This document shows, piece by piece, positions 18,598 to 29,251 of a DNA stretch of 64,000 bases. Origin of the DNA: an uncultured bacterium (GTDB taxonomy: Bacteria > Patescibacteriota > Kazan-3B-28); NCBI GenBank assembly GCA_963695435.1, contig OY968788.1, forward strand, positions 349,456 through 413,455, read 5' to 3'. A model generated the notes under the pieces. The model made no database searches. It was not told where the DNA came from and saw only the letters and a list, made by a program, of their open reading frames with translations. Position 1 is the first letter of the stretch. The number at the start of each line of letters is the position of its first letter. The position numbers and the translations under genes are program-made.

Positions 18598-19172
18598 TGA
18601 GGAAGAATTTTATTAATTGTGGTTTCTACTTGTTTTATAGTGCCGTCACCGTTCACAGTAATTAGACGATTAGATTTTTTGTAACTGGTCAGCAATATTT
18701 TTGCTTGGGCTTCAAAAACTTTGATACGACCGCTAAGTGCTTTTGGATCTTTATCATCCGCACGGTGTTCAATATTTGCTCGCTTCAATAAACGCGCTTT
18801 GGCAACTGCAATTGGAAGTTTGATATAAATCATAACGACAGGACGCCCCGCGTCATTCAATAATTTATCTAAAAATTTCATATGCGCGGCACTGCGGGGA
18901 TATCCATCAAATACCACTCGCTGATTGCGAGGGACTTTGGACATAAACTTTTTTGCCAAACCGTTAACGATGTCAGCTGGGACTAATTTTCCTTGTGCCA
19001 TTATTTTTTTCACTATTTTCCCGTCTGCCGATTTCGATACGGATAATTTACGCAATAAAGCACCCATATTAAGATGCTGGGCGTGTAGCTTCTTTACTAA
19101 ATAAATGGCCTGCGTACTTTTTCCTGAACCCGGACCGCCGTAGAGAATAATATCTTTTCTAGATGGTGTCAT
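18591..19172 (-). CDS. adk: Adenylate kinase (short-lid type)
   Basis: GGPGSGKST, DGYPR, RADD; follows secY. Confidence 0.93.
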   Translation of the reverse strand: MTPSRKDIILYGGPGSGKSTQAIYLVKKLHAQHLNMGALLRKLSVSKSADGKIVKKIMAQGKLVPADIVNGLAKKFMSKVPRNQRVVFDGYPRSAAHMKFLDKLLNDAGRPVVMIYIKLPIAVAKARLLKRANIEHRADDKDPKALSGRIKVFEAQAKILLTSYKKSNRLITVNGDGTIKQVETTINKILPQC

Positions 19173-20442
19173 ACCGCTTCATAATTAGTTGGGCGCGAAG
19201 CTGACGCATTAGTTCGAGCGCAACTGACACCACGATAAGCAGTCCTGTACCACCAAGAGTGAGCGTTTGAATGTGAGTTAGCCCCTGGACAATGTTAGGG
19301 AGCACCGCGATAAGCCCAAGGAAAATGGCGCCGGCCAATGTAATGCGATTGGTAACATAACTTAGGAAATCAATAGTCTGACGACCGGGACGAATGCCGG
19401 GAATAAATCCTCCGGATTTCTGGATATTTTCCGCAACCTGATCGGGTTTGAAAATAACCCAAGTATAAAAATAGGTAAAGAACACCACTAAAACAAAATA
19501 CAACCCGCCGTATATCCATTTGTCATTGAAAGCGGTTTGTAACCACTTTGCCGCTTCCGCCAACCAAACAGTCCGAGCGTTAGCAAAGAATGAAGCAATG
19601 AGCCCGGGGAATAGTAATAAAGAAATAGCAAAGATGATTGGAATTACCCCTGCTTGGTTGACTCGCAAAGGCAAATGATTGGTCTGACCACTATAAAGAC
19701 GGTTCCCGCCTCCGCGGCCGGCATAGGCAATCGGAATATTACGCTGACCTTCGGTAATGTAGACTACCAGAAAAACTGTAGCGACAGCCAATACCGCAAA
19801 CACCAGAATTTCCATTAGTTTGCTTGTATCAAACAGCGCTATTGTGCTAGTTAGTCCCTGGGGGAGACTAGCCAAAATACCGACAAAAATGATTATAGAA
19901 ACACCGTTGCCGATACCATGCTCGGAAATCAGTTCACCCAGCCACATCAGGAGGACTGTCCCACCAGTGACAATCAGCATAATCCCCAACATTTTTAGCA
20001 TAGTAATGTCGCCCAAAATGTTGACATCGGACCGTTGAAGTAAGGCAATCATCCCGTAAGCCTGAATCAAACCAAGAGGGATTGTTAGCCAACGAGTGTA
20101 TTGGTTAATTTTTCTCCGACCGTATTCACCTTCTTTTTGCAAAGCTTCAACCGCGGGCAATGCCATCCCCATCAGCTGCATAATAATTGAAGCATTGATG
20201 AAGGGCGCGACACCCATCATTGCGATAGAAAACCGGTTCAGCGAACCTCCCGAAAAGAGATCTATCAACCCCAAATATTGATTGCTGGAAAAAACTTGTT
20301 GGAGAGCATCCAGATTTACTCCCGGCATTGGAGTGTGGGTAATAATGCGAACAATCAAAACGATCACTAGTGTCCAAAATATCCGCATCCGCAAATCGCG
20401 GTGTTTGAATATCTGTCTGATTGAATCGAACATGTTCGTCAT
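19159..20442 (-). CDS. secY: Preprotein translocase SecY
   Basis: GIGNGVS, AGVIPIIFA, IPGIRPG. Confidence 0.98.
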   Translation of the reverse strand: MTNMFDSIRQIFKHRDLRMRIFWTLVIVLIVRIITHTPMPGVNLDALQQVFSSNQYLGLIDLFSGGSLNRFSIAMMGVAPFINASIIMQLMGMALPAVEALQKEGEYGRRKINQYTRWLTIPLGLIQAYGMIALLQRSDVNILGDITMLKMLGIMLIVTGGTVLLMWLGELISEHGIGNGVSIIIFVGILASLPQGLTSTIALFDTSKLMEILVFAVLAVATVFLVVYITEGQRNIPIAYAGRGGGNRLYSGQTNHLPLRVNQAGVIPIIFAISLLLFPGLIASFFANARTVWLAEAAKWLQTAFNDKWIYGGLYFVLVVFFTYFYTWVIFKPDQVAENIQKSGGFIPGIRPGRQTIDFLSYVTNRITLAGAIFLGLIAVLPNIVQGLTHIQTLTLGGTGLLIVVSVALELMRQLRAQLIMKRYDTI

Positions 20443-20885
20443 TATTTGAGAATTTCTACTGTTCCACCCTGCTCTTCGATTTTAGCGCGGGCGCCGGCAG
20501 AAATAAAATGAACCTGTACTTGGTATGCACCAGTAATGGCGCCTTCGCCTAAAATCTTTACTTTAGTATCAGACATAATCGTACCCGCTTCAACAAGTTG
20601 TCTGGCGTCCAATTTATTTTCTTTAGCATACCTCGGCACATCTTTCAGATTGATTTTGATTTCGCTAAATTTGCGCTGGGAGTGAAATCCTCTGCGCTTA
20701 GCCAACCTTCTAATCAGCGGAGTCTGACCGCCTTCAAAGTAGGCCGGAATATTACCGCCCGTTCTGGCTTTCTGACCGTTGTTCCCCCGCCCGGCAGTAG
20801 AACCGCCACCGGCTGATGAACCACGACCAATCCGCTTGCGAGCGGGTTGCTTGGTGATCCCTACGATTTCATGCATAGCATCCAT
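20442..20885 (-). CDS. rplO: 50S ribosomal protein L15
   Basis: RIGRG, GRG..GQKAR, FEGGQTPL. Confidence 0.97.
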   Translation of the reverse strand: MDAMHEIVGITKQPARKRIGRGSSAGGGSTAGRGNNGQKARTGGNIPAYFEGGQTPLIRRLAKRRGFHSQRKFSEIKINLKDVPRYAKENKLDARQLVEAGTIMSDTKVKILGEGAITGAYQVQVHFISAGARAKIEEQGGTVEILK

Positions 20886-20898
20886 AATAGTTTACCGA

Positions 20899-21489
20899 TT
20901 ACTTAGTATCTTCCGCTTCCTGCTTGGCAGGTTTTTGAGGTTTAGATTTTCCGCGGTTTGCCAGAATATCAGCCGACGGACGAATGTCATCCAGCGCCTG
21001 AATAGTTGCCACCACATTACTGATTTTATTAGATGAACCCATAACTTTTGCGACGGCGTCTTTGATCCCAGCCAGTTCCAGAACAATCCGAACAGCACCA
21101 CCGGCAATAAGTCCTGTACCGGACTTGGCCGGCTTGATCAAAACTGTGGCGCTCTTGTGACTGGCTTGTACCCGATAAGGCAAAGTACCGTGAACCATAT
21201 GAATAGTTTTGACATCTTTCTTTGCTTCGTTGACTGCTTTGGCAACGGCAGTGGTAACATCATTAGCTTTCCCCAAGCCATATGCCACGCGATTAATTTT
21301 ATCGCCCAAAACTACCAGCGCTCTGAAACGCATTCTTTTGCCACCTTTTACCACACGGGTAACGCGATTGATCTCCAGCACCCGTTCCTGGAATTCTGAT
21401 GGAGCGGCTTCCCGACGACCGCCGGGGCGGCGTTGCCCGCCGCGATCACCCCTGCCGCGACCCTGATTGTGAGATTGAGGTCTTTCCAT
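20899..21489 (-). CDS. rpsE: 30S ribosomal protein S5
   Basis: RVTRVVKGGKR, GTGLIAGG. Confidence 0.98.
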   Translation of the reverse strand: MERPQSHNQGRGRGDRGGQRRPGGRREAAPSEFQERVLEINRVTRVVKGGKRMRFRALVVLGDKINRVAYGLGKANDVTTAVAKAVNEAKKDVKTIHMVHGTLPYRVQASHKSATVLIKPAKSGTGLIAGGAVRIVLELAGIKDAVAKVMGSSNKISNVVATIQALDDIRPSADILANRGKSKPQKPAKQEAEDTK

Positions 21490-21492
21490 AAT

Positions 21493-21843
21493 TTAGAATA
21501 TTAGTCCGCCTTCACGAGCACCGTCAGCCAAAGCCTTTATTTGCCCATGATATTTATAACCGCGACGGTCAAACGCTACTTTCGTCACTTTCTTTTCTAT
21601 TGCTACCTTCGCCAATGCCTGCCCCACTTGAGTGGCGCGCTCTATTGGAGTTTTGCCCTTCATTTTTAAACTGGAGACAGAGGCCAGTACTTTTCCGCCA
21701 GATTCGACTACTTGAGCATAAATGTATTTGTTACTCCTGTTGACCACTAATCGAGGACGAGTAGCATGAACGCCAACCTTAACACGAGTCCGATTGGTGC
21801 GAAGTTGGCGACGGCGACTAGTTTTGATAGTTTCTTTTGACAT
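21493..21843 (-). CDS. rplR: 50S ribosomal protein L18
   Basis: [18 protein letters not shown]. Confidence 0.97.
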   Translation of the reverse strand: MSKETIKTSRRRQLRTNRTRVKVGVHATRPRLVVNRSNKYIYAQVVESGGKVLASVSSLKMKGKTPIERATQVGQALAKVAIEKKVTKVAFDRRGYKYHGQIKALADGAREGGLIF

Positions 21844-21854
21844 AATAAAAATTT

Positions 21855-22412
21855 CTAGGCGGCAGTTTTACCCGAACCAGTCGCGGCGGTCTTACCGGCC
21901 TTGCGGCGAATAACTTCATCAATATATTTGATACCTTTGCCTTTGTACGGTTCTGGTTTTTTGTGGGAGCGAATAACAGCTGCCATTTGTCCGACTATTT
22001 GTTTATTTATTCCGGTGATGAATACCTGATTTTTTTCTACCCGAACTTCAACACCGTCTAAAATCGGCACTTCTACTTGGTGCGAAAGACCAATATTCAA
22101 AACAACTACATTACCTTTAACTTCTGCGCGATAACCCACGCCGTTAATTTCCAATGTTTTAGCAAATCCTTCGGTGACACCAATTACCGCGTTGTTCAGA
22201 AGCGAGCGAACTAACCCGTGAAGTGCGCGGGTTGGTTTTTCGTCATTGGCTCTCTTCACCAATAGCTCATCACCTTCTTGGGTAACGGTAATAACTGTAG
22301 GAATAACAACAGTAAGCTCTCCTTTGGGGCCTTTTACTTTTGCTTCACCATCCGTTATTGCAACGGTTACCTGGGAAGAAATCTTAACTGGTAGTTTTCC
22401 AATCTTTGACAT
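21855..22412 (-). CDS. rplF: 50S ribosomal protein L6
   Basis: [15 protein letters not shown]; start 22412. Confidence 0.98.
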   Translation of the reverse strand: MSKIGKLPVKISSQVTVAITDGEAKVKGPKGELTVVIPTVITVTQEGDELLVKRANDEKPTRALHGLVRSLLNNAVIGVTEGFAKTLEINGVGYRAEVKGNVVVLNIGLSHQVEVPILDGVEVRVEKNQVFITGINKQIVGQMAAVIRSHKKPEPYKGKGIKYIDEVIRRKAGKTAATGSGKTAA

Positions 22413-22416
22413 ATCT

Positions 22417-22824
22417 TTACCAAATCTTAAATAGAACTTCACCTCCCAAGCCCTTGTCTCGAGCCTGCTGATCAGTCATCAAACCTTGAGAAGTAGATAT
22501 AACTGAAGTGCCGACTCCGCTCAAAACTTTGTGCAGTCTTCCGGATGCGCTATAAATGCGCTGACCGGGGTGGCTCACCCGCTTTACACCTTGAATAATC
22601 GGCATACCGTTGGGAGCGTATTTCATCACCATAGCGATTTGTTGAAATTTAGATTTTGCGTCTGGCGCCATAACTTTGACATCCCGAAGATAACCTTCCG
22701 CTTCCAAAAGATTGGCAATCGCCAATCGCAATTTGGAATGGGGCACGGTAACAGTTTCCTTGCGAACGGCTACTGCGTTGCGCAGGGTGGTGATGAAATC
22801 AGCAATTGGATCGGTCATAGTCAT
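22417..22824 (-). CDS. rpsH: 30S ribosomal protein S8
   Basis: MTDPIAD, ISTSQG, GGEVL. Confidence 0.98.
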   Translation of the reverse strand: MTMTDPIADFITTLRNAVAVRKETVTVPHSKLRLAIANLLEAEGYLRDVKVMAPDAKSKFQQIAMVMKYAPNGMPIIQGVKRVSHPGQRIYSASGRLHKVLSGVGTSVISTSQGLMTDQQARDKGLGGEVLFKIW

Positions 22825-22840
22825 AATAAAATTCTAAATA

Positions 22841-23026
22841 TTACCAGCTAGCTTTTTTTATACCAGGTAGTTGTCCATTACGGCTAAGCTCTCTGAAACA
22901 AATTCGGCAGATACCGAAATCACGCATATACCCGTGTGGGCGTCCGCAAATCGAACACCGACGGTTTAGCCGAGTGGAAAACTTTGGTTTCTTATTCGCG
23001 CTATTAATTAATGCTTTTCGTGCCAT
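22841..23026 (-). CDS. rpsN: 30S ribosomal protein S14 (short, Zn-binding type)
   Basis: RCSICGR, CRICFRE. Confidence 0.97.
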   Translation of the reverse strand: MARKALINSANKKPKFSTRLNRRCSICGRPHGYMRDFGICRICFRELSRNGQLPGIKKASW

Positions 23027-23041
23027 ATCGTCTAAATCCTT

Positions 23042-23581
23042 TTATTTATTCTCTCCTTGGAATGGGAAACCTAGTGCCTTCAATAATGCCTTGGTCTGCA
23101 CTTTGTTTCTGCCAGTAGTAACAATAGTTACCTGCAAACTTAATATCTTCTCAACATTTTCAAATACTACCTCGGGAAAAGCGATATGTTCTCTAATCCC
23201 AAGATTGAACCCGCCGTGGTTATCAAAACCTTTGTCTGGTAATCCTTGAAAGTCGCGGACTCGCGGTAAGGTGATATTCACCAGTTTATCAAGAAAATCG
23301 TACATTCTATCTCCTCTAAGAGTTACCATCACTCCGATTTCGGCGTTTTCGCGCAGTTTGAAACCAGCGATAGATTTCTTGGCCTTGGTTACAACTGGCT
23401 TCTGACCGGTAATCTTTTTAAGCTCTTCTCTTACCACTTCAATCAGTTTTGGCTCAAGCACAGCCTTGCCGGCAGAAACATGAACAACCACTTTCTGTAC
23501 TTTTGGCACAGCTGAAATCGATTTGAGTCCAAGCTCTTTCTGCAACTGCGGAACTAATTTTTGATACTTACTTTTTAACAT
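23042..23581 (-). CDS. rplE: 50S ribosomal protein L5
   Basis: ITGQKP, LPRVRDF. Confidence 0.98.
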   Translation of the reverse strand: MLKSKYQKLVPQLQKELGLKSISAVPKVQKVVVHVSAGKAVLEPKLIEVVREELKKITGQKPVVTKAKKSIAGFKLRENAEIGVMVTLRGDRMYDFLDKLVNITLPRVRDFQGLPDKGFDNHGGFNLGIREHIAFPEVVFENVEKILSLQVTIVTTGRNKVQTKALLKALGFPFQGENK

Positions 23582-23891
23582 AAGAAATAATTGCCTGACA
23601 TTTTTTACATACTCTTTCTCTTTTTCCGCTGACTACTTTGTGTCCGACTCTAACCGGTTTGTGGCAGTTCGCGCAAATAAGCATAACTTTAGAAACTGGA
23701 ATTGGCAGAATTTTTTCAGTGATGCCACCCGGCTGACCGGCGCGGGAAGATTTTTTAAGATGACGCTTGACCACATTCAAACCTTCAATTTTAACCTGAC
23801 CTGTTGAAGGGCTAACTGCAACCACTACTCCGGATTTACCGCGGTCGCGTCCTTTGATAACCAAAACTTGATCAGCTTTTTTAATATCCAT
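23568..23891 (-). CDS. rplX: 50S ribosomal protein L24
   Basis: KOW motif V.VI.GRDRGK.G.V. Confidence 0.96.
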   Translation of the reverse strand: MDIKKADQVLVIKGRDRGKSGVVVAVSPSTGQVKIEGLNVVKRHLKKSSRAGQPGGITEKILPIPVSKVMLICANCHKPVRVGHKVVSGKRERVCKKCQAIISYVKK

Positions 23892-24259
23892 TAGAGTACC
23901 TCGGGTGCTAAGGAGATTATTTTCATAAAGTTCTTATCACGAAGTTCGCGAGCAACCGGTCCAAAAACACGAGTCCCGCGAGGCTGCTTCTGGGCGTCAA
24001 CAATAACTACGGCATTGTCATCAAACCGGACATAGCTTCCATCACTCCGACGAATTGCTTTCTTGGTACGAACAATCACCGCTCGCACGACATCCTTTTT
24101 CTTAACAACACCTGTTGGAGAAGCTACTTTGACTGCGCAGACAACAATGTCACCTACGCCGGCATAACGCCGACGGGAACCGCCAAGTACCTTGAAACAA
24201 CGAACCGCTTTCGCGCCAGTGTTGTCAGCTACTTTCAAATTGGTTCCTTCTTGAATCAT
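23891..24259 (-). CDS. rplN: 50S ribosomal protein L14
   Basis: [15 protein letters not shown]. Confidence 0.99.
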   Translation of the reverse strand: MIQEGTNLKVADNTGAKAVRCFKVLGGSRRRYAGVGDIVVCAVKVASPTGVVKKKDVVRAVIVRTKKAIRRSDGSYVRFDDNAVVIVDAQKQPRGTRVFGPVARELRDKNFMKIISLAPEVL

Positions 24260-24266
24260 AGAGTGC

Positions 24267-24353
24267 CTCTCGAGAGGGCAACCAAGAGGTTTTCCTCTCG
24301 ACGCTCGTCAGCAAAGCTGAGTTTTGGTGAACCAAAACCAAGCTCACTGCTCT
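24267..24353 (-). repeat. Structured intergenic element, copy C (inverted relative to A and B)
   Basis: Minus strand AGAGCAGTGAGCTTG-hairpin-TCAGCTTTGCTGA-CGAGCG-hairpin. Confidence 0.85.
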
Positions 24354-24385
24354 CCCTTCCTTTAAATATAGTAATTGTTCTCATA

Positions 24386-24658
24386 TTACAAATCTGCTGA
24401 TGTTATTTGATTCTTACCCGGCATAATCTGAATAACTTCCCAATGTTTTGTCTTACTCAACGGTCTGGTTTCACCAATCGATACCAAGTCGCCGACTTTG
24501 ACTTTGTTCTCGGCATCGTGGACAGCAAAACGCTTAGTCACCCGAACCCGTTTTTTGTAAAGCGGATGAGCGACATAAGTGTCCACCTTCACAATGACGG
24601 TTTGTTCACCGGCACGGGAAATGGTTACGCCAATTTTTTGTTGTCTAATTTTCTCCAT
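24386..24658 (-). CDS. rpsQ: 30S ribosomal protein S17
   Basis: HPLYKK, ETRPLSKTK.W; start 24658. Confidence 0.97.
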   Translation of the reverse strand: MEKIRQQKIGVTISRAGEQTVIVKVDTYVAHPLYKKRVRVTKRFAVHDAENKVKVGDLVSIGETRPLSKTKHWEVIQIMPGKNQITSADL

Positions 24659-24875
24659 GAGAGATTGCCTCCAAAATAATTTTTTCATTGAGAACCGTTT
24701 CCATTTGAGCAATTGAGTGGCGGGCTTTACGCAATTCCTGATGATTCTTGAGTTTGCCGATAGTTAGTTGGTTGCGCAAATCCTGCAATTTTAATTGAAT
24801 CTCGGCCAAATCTTTTTTCAGTTTGGTGATATCCAGCTTGCGATATTCAGAAATAGTTGTTTTTTCCTTAGCCAT
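24645..24875 (-). CDS. rpmC: 50S ribosomal protein L29
   Basis: Position between rplP and rpsQ; helical, R..IAQMETV. Confidence 0.9.
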   Translation of the reverse strand: MAKEKTTISEYRKLDITKLKKDLAEIQLKLQDLRNQLTIGKLKNHQELRKARHSIAQMETVLNEKIILEAISHGEN

Positions 24876-24876
24876 A

Positions 24877-25284
24877 TTAAACCTTAGTAACAAATTTAGT
24901 CTTGATAGGAAGTTTGTGGCCAGCCAAAGTCATTGCCCGAGCCGCTACTTCCTTTGGAACACCATCCATTTCAAACATTACTGTTCCCGGTTTGACGGTA
25001 GCAACATAGTGACTCACCGCGCCTTTTCCTCCGCCCATACGGGTTTCGTTAGGAGTGGATGTGACAGCTTGGTGAGGGAAAATTCGAATCCAAACCTTTC
25101 CTTCGCGTTTAATAAAGTGAGTAATAGCACGACGAGCGGCTTCGATTTGGCGAGAGGTTAGCCAGCTGGCTTCCAACGCCTTCAGCCCGTATTTGCCGAA
25201 ACTGACGACATTACCACGGGTAGCAACGCCACCTCGCTTGCCTCTTTGCTGTTTACGAAATTTAACTTTTCTTGGAACTAACAT
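24877..25284 (-). CDS. rplP: 50S ribosomal protein L16
   Basis: [15 protein letters not shown]. Confidence 0.98.
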   Translation of the reverse strand: MLVPRKVKFRKQQRGKRGGVATRGNVVSFGKYGLKALEASWLTSRQIEAARRAITHFIKREGKVWIRIFPHQAVTSTPNETRMGGGKGAVSHYVATVKPGTVMFEMDGVPKEVAARAMTLAGHKLPIKTKFVTKV

Positions 25285-25286
25285 AA

Positions 25287-25928
25287 TTATTTATTCTCGT
25301 TATTCTCCGTGACTTCCTGTGGTAATACCCACACCTTTACTCCGATTGTGCCGTAAGTGGTAAAGGCTGTCCGAAAAGCGTAATCAATAAAATACTTAAT
25401 TGTGTGAAGTGGAACTTTGCCAAAACCGAATACTTCTCTGCGGGCAATTTCTGCACCATTCAAACGACCAGCAATTACAATGCGGATACCTTGAACCTGA
25501 GCTTGTTTTGCCGCTTCAACCGATTGTTTGATGGCACGACGGAAAGGAATTCTTTTTTCAATCTGTTCAACGATATTACCAGCAATCACCGCCGCCGAAC
25601 TTTCAGGATTCGGTACTTCTTGAATTGTGATATTGATAGTGCTACCTACCGCCAGTGGTTTGAGAATCTTTTTCAAATCTTCCACGCCTGCTCCACCTCG
25701 GCCGATAATCATTCCAGGGCGTGAAGTCCAAATAATTAGATTGATTTCGTTTCCTACCCTTTCAATTTCTAAATCGGCAATGGCTCTTTTGAATTTGGTA
25801 TTAGTGGCCATCCGAATTTTATAATCTTCCAAAAGAAGTCTGGGATAATTTTTAGTATCCAGCCAACGGGACTTCCAGGCGGAAGTGACACCGAGTCTAA
25901 ATAAATGTGGATGAATCTTTTGTCCCAT
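25287..25928 (-). CDS. rpsC: 30S ribosomal protein S3
   Basis: [17 protein letters not shown]. Confidence 0.98.
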   Translation of the reverse strand: MGQKIHPHLFRLGVTSAWKSRWLDTKNYPRLLLEDYKIRMATNTKFKRAIADLEIERVGNEINLIIWTSRPGMIIGRGGAGVEDLKKILKPLAVGSTINITIQEVPNPESSAAVIAGNIVEQIEKRIPFRRAIKQSVEAAKQAQVQGIRIVIAGRLNGAEIARREVFGFGKVPLHTIKYFIDYAFRTAFTTYGTIGVKVWVLPQEVTENNENK

Positions 25929-25933
25929 GAGAT

Positions 25934-26443
25934 TTACTTATTGGTAGTACGACGAGTTATAATCTTTTTTAATCCTTGAGAAAATTTTGGTTTGGGTAAT
26001 GTAGCCTTTGGTTGAGTGGTCGTCTTTTCGCCAGTAGTTTCGGTTGTTGGTGCCGACGGAGAAACAGGAGTAGAGGAAGGCTTTACAATTGGTTTTTTCA
26101 CCAGACTTGGTTTGATTTCTTCCAGGGTAATGCTCATGTGGCTGCTGCGCTTCAAAAGCGGATCGGCAGAACCGTGAGAACGGAACCAATATCGTTTCAT
26201 TGTTGGACCAGTATCGACTGTCAGAGTTTTTATCCGCAAATTATCTTCCTTCAAGTTATAGTTATTAGTTGCGTTAGCGGAAGCGGAATGAAGTAGTTTG
26301 TAAATTAGCTTAGCTGTCTTGCTGGAATGATATTTCAAATGGATTAGCGCATCAGGCACCGGCATCTTACGCAAAGCCACCACCATTGGTTGGACTTTTT
26401 TTGGACTAATCCGGATGAATTTTGCCGTTGCACTTACTTCCAT
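25934..26443 (-). CDS. rplV: 50S ribosomal protein L22 with C-terminal extension
   Basis: RISPKK, SA.ANA..N. Confidence 0.95.
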   Translation of the reverse strand: MEVSATAKFIRISPKKVQPMVVALRKMPVPDALIHLKYHSSKTAKLIYKLLHSASANATNNYNLKEDNLRIKTLTVDTGPTMKRYWFRSHGSADPLLKRSSHMSITLEEIKPSLVKKPIVKPSSTPVSPSAPTTETTGEKTTTQPKATLPKPKFSQGLKKIITRRTTNK

Positions 26444-26457
26444 ATGATTTATAGATT

Positions 26458-26496
26458 TAGATCCCTCGTCGACCTAGCGGTCTCGCTCGGGATGAC
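26458..26496 (-). repeat. REP-like GTCAT...GATCTA palindromic repeat
   Basis: Minus strand GTCATCCCGAGCGAGACCGCTAGGTCGACGAGGGATCTA. Confidence 0.65.
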
Positions 26497-26505
26497 GCTG
26501 TTGCG

Positions 26506-26883
26506 TCACTTTTTCTTACCACCTTTTTTACCGCCTTTACTGGCTGGTTTAGCTGAAGATTTAGCAGCGGGAGCGGCGACTGGAGCGGGAGCAGATGTAG
26601 CAGACTTAGCCTGTTCTTTCGCCATCTTACCGCCGTGGCTTCTAAACTTGCGGGTAGGAGAAAATTCGCCCAACTTATGACCAATCATCCCTTCTTGAAT
26701 ATAAATTTGGACATGTTCTTTGCCATTGTGAACACCGATGGTCAATCCAATCATTTCTGGAGCAATAGCACAACTGCGTGACCATGTTTTGATAACTGCC
26801 TTACTATTAGTGTCTTTGGCAACCATCACCTTTTTCATTAGGCGTTCGTCAATGTAAGGACCTTTTTTGCTTGAACGTGACAT
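26506..26883 (-). CDS. rpsS: 30S ribosomal protein S19 with Ala/Pro/Lys tail
   Basis: [21 protein letters not shown]; start 26883. Confidence 0.97.
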   Translation of the reverse strand: MSRSSKKGPYIDERLMKKVMVAKDTNSKAVIKTWSRSCAIAPEMIGLTIGVHNGKEHVQIYIQEGMIGHKLGEFSPTRKFRSHGGKMAKEQAKSATSAPAPVAAPAAKSSAKPASKGGKKGGKKK

Positions 26884-26884
26884 A

Positions 26885-27733
26885 TTATTTCTTCCTCTTC
26901 TTAGGGCGAGCTTTAACAATAAACTTGTTACTAAATTTCTTGGGGTTGCGGGTCTTGTAGCCAAGTGCCGGTTTGCCAGTGCGAGTTTTTGGCTTCTTCA
27001 AACCGATTGAAGTATTTCCTTCACCACCACCATGAGGGTGATCAACTGGGTTCTTTGCTTTACCTCTGGTTGTTGGGCGATGCCCCATATGACGGGTCCG
27101 ACCTGCTTTTGAAATTCTAACATTCATATGGTCGGGATTTGATAATACTCCAATGCTGGCAAATCCTATTTCTGGTACTCGATGAATTTCGCCTGACGGC
27201 ATTTTTAGCAATGCGAATCCCGCATCAAAGCCCATCAAAGTAATGGATGATCCTGCGGAACGGGCGATTTGACCGCCATGCCCTGGTACCATTTCAACAT
27301 TATGGATTGCTGTACCAGCAGGAATATTTTTGAGTTGCAGACGATTACCAAGTTTAACTTTGGTGTTTGCGCCAGAAACTACTTTATCCCCTACCTTCAG
27401 TCCTTCAGGAGCCAGAATATAGGATTGGGTTCCATCAGCAAAGATAATGTGAGCAATAAAGGATGTTCTGTTTGGATCGTATTGAATGCTTTGAACAGTG
27501 GCTGGAATTTCAAATTTCTGCTGTTTGAGGTCAACTGTTCTAAAGGAGCGCTTTGCTCCGCCTCCGCGACCGGTCATTGTTTTTACACCGCGATTGTTTC
27601 TGACATCCGTACGAGTACGGCCCTTCATCAGACTTTTAACTGGACCGGCATTTTTGGTCAGCACTTCCCTATACAGGATGTACTGCATTTTGCGCTGAGC
27701 GGAAGTGACTGGTTTTAGTGTTCTGACTGCCAT
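26885..27733 (-). CDS. rplB: 50S ribosomal protein L2
   Basis: [17 protein letters not shown]. Confidence 0.99.
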   Translation of the reverse strand: MAVRTLKPVTSAQRKMQYILYREVLTKNAGPVKSLMKGRTRTDVRNNRGVKTMTGRGGGAKRSFRTVDLKQQKFEIPATVQSIQYDPNRTSFIAHIIFADGTQSYILAPEGLKVGDKVVSGANTKVKLGNRLQLKNIPAGTAIHNVEMVPGHGGQIARSAGSSITLMGFDAGFALLKMPSGEIHRVPEIGFASIGVLSNPDHMNVRISKAGRTRHMGHRPTTRGKAKNPVDHPHGGGEGNTSIGLKKPKTRTGKPALGYKTRNPKKFSNKFIVKARPKKRKK

Positions 27734-28011
27734 TATTTATTCTCCTCAAATAGAGCAATGCGGTCGCCTTTCTTTAGCGTGACTATCGCTTTCCTGCGGG
27801 CAGAGCGCGCTCCTGTTTGCCGACGGAATTTCTTTAGTTTGCCGGCCAAGTTAATCATATTTACATCAGTGACTTTTACTTTAAATAATTCTTCTACCGC
27901 TGTGGCAACTTGATATTTGTTGGCGGTAGGAATAACCAAAAAGGTATATTTATTCACCGTCCCTTGGGCGATACTTTTTTCAGAAATAATTGGACGTTTG
28001 ATAATAGCCAT
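27733..28011 (-). CDS. rplW: 50S ribosomal protein L23
   Basis: IIKRPIISEK, KAIVTL. Confidence 0.97.
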   Translation of the reverse strand: MAIIKRPIISEKSIAQGTVNKYTFLVIPTANKYQVATAVEELFKVKVTDVNMINLAGKLKKFRRQTGARSARRKAIVTLKKGDRIALFEENK

Positions 28012-28638
28012 CTAGACTCCTAATTTCTTTTTTAAATCAGCGTAAGCATCGTTCAGAAAAACAATTCGGCGAGCGGACATAACCTCTAAAGCGCTCAATC
28101 TGTTTGGAGCAATTACTTTTACTCCTGCAATATTTTGTAGAGCTTGGGGAGGGATAGAAGTAATGATCAGAGCTGGAGCAATGGCAATGGCATCCGACAA
28201 CTGCTGAACCGCTGATTTGGTTTTTGTGGTGTTGATATCAAAATTTACAATCCCAACTTTACCGAATTTGATTTTCAAACGCAGTGCGCCAAGTAATGCT
28301 TGTCGACGCAAATTGGTAGTCAACTTCTGTTGATAATTTTTGGATTTGAGTGGCCCAAAAGTAATGCCGCCGCCTTTCCATAAGGGGCTTCGGATTGAAC
28401 CAACCCTAGCACGGCCGGTACCTTTTTGACGCCATGGTTTTTTGCCTCCACCTGAAACTTCGCCTCTGCGTTTTGTATTGGCGTTGGAGTGGTGCTGGTT
28501 TGCCTGCAGAGCCAATGCCACCTCACGAAGAATCTGCGGATGCACAACTACATCTTTCATTTCATCGCTAGATACCGCCTGCCAAGTAGTGACAGTTGGA
28601 TCAATTTTAGTAGTGGTTGATTTAGTTGCGTGTTCCAT
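28012..28638 (-). CDS. rplD: 50S ribosomal protein L4
   Basis: GGGKKPWRQKGTGRAR.GS.RSP; start probably 28638. Confidence 0.96.
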   Translation of the reverse strand: MEHATKSTTTKIDPTVTTWQAVSSDEMKDVVVHPQILREVALALQANQHHSNANTKRRGEVSGGGKKPWRQKGTGRARVGSIRSPLWKGGGITFGPLKSKNYQQKLTTNLRRQALLGALRLKIKFGKVGIVNFDINTTKTKSAVQQLSDAIAIAPALIITSIPPQALQNIAGVKVIAPNRLSALEVMSARRIVFLNDAYADLKKKLGV

Positions 28639-29203
28639 CGTGTGTGATAGTGACCAATTGTTTATTCGCACCAGGGATGTTACCTGAAACTGCTATGAGA
28701 TTATTTTCTTTATCCAAAGCTACGACTTCCAGATTTTTGACTGTAATTTGAGTGGAGCCCATATGTCCGCTCATGCGACGACCTTTGATAACACGGGCGA
28801 TTCCCATAGGACCAAGAGAACCTGGTTGACGGTGATGGTCGTGACCATGCCCCATTGGACCGCAAGCAAAGTTGTGTCGCTTTACTGTACCAGCAAAACC
28901 TTTACCCTTGCTCACTCCCGTCACCTCTACTTTGTCGCCAATGGTAAAAATATCCACGCTGACACTGTCGCCAACTTTATATTCGCCTTCAGGAAAACGA
29001 AATTCTTTCGCTTTCATTTGACGAGTGTCCTTGGCTCTTGTTTTGATTGATGCCAATTGCAACGCAAAATAGCCATCTTTTTCAGCCGTTTTAATCTGCT
29101 TGATGACATTGGGAAGGGCTTGCAAGATGGTCACAGCCTGAACTTTGCCGTCTTTGGCAACGCTTTGCCCCATCATTATTTTTTTGGCGATCAATCCTTT
29201 CAT
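28622..29203 (-). CDS. rplC: 50S ribosomal protein L3
   Basis: SKGKGFAG.VKRHNF, HR.PGS. Confidence 0.97.
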   Translation of the reverse strand: MKGLIAKKIMMGQSVAKDGKVQAVTILQALPNVIKQIKTAEKDGYFALQLASIKTRAKDTRQMKAKEFRFPEGEYKVGDSVSVDIFTIGDKVEVTGVSKGKGFAGTVKRHNFACGPMGHGHDHHRQPGSLGPMGIARVIKGRRMSGHMGSTQITVKNLEVVALDKENNLIAVSGNIPGANKQLVTITHDGTRN

Positions 29204-29251
29204 ATAAATCCTTCTTCTGGTCCCATTAGACGGGACGCGGAAGTAATAAAC

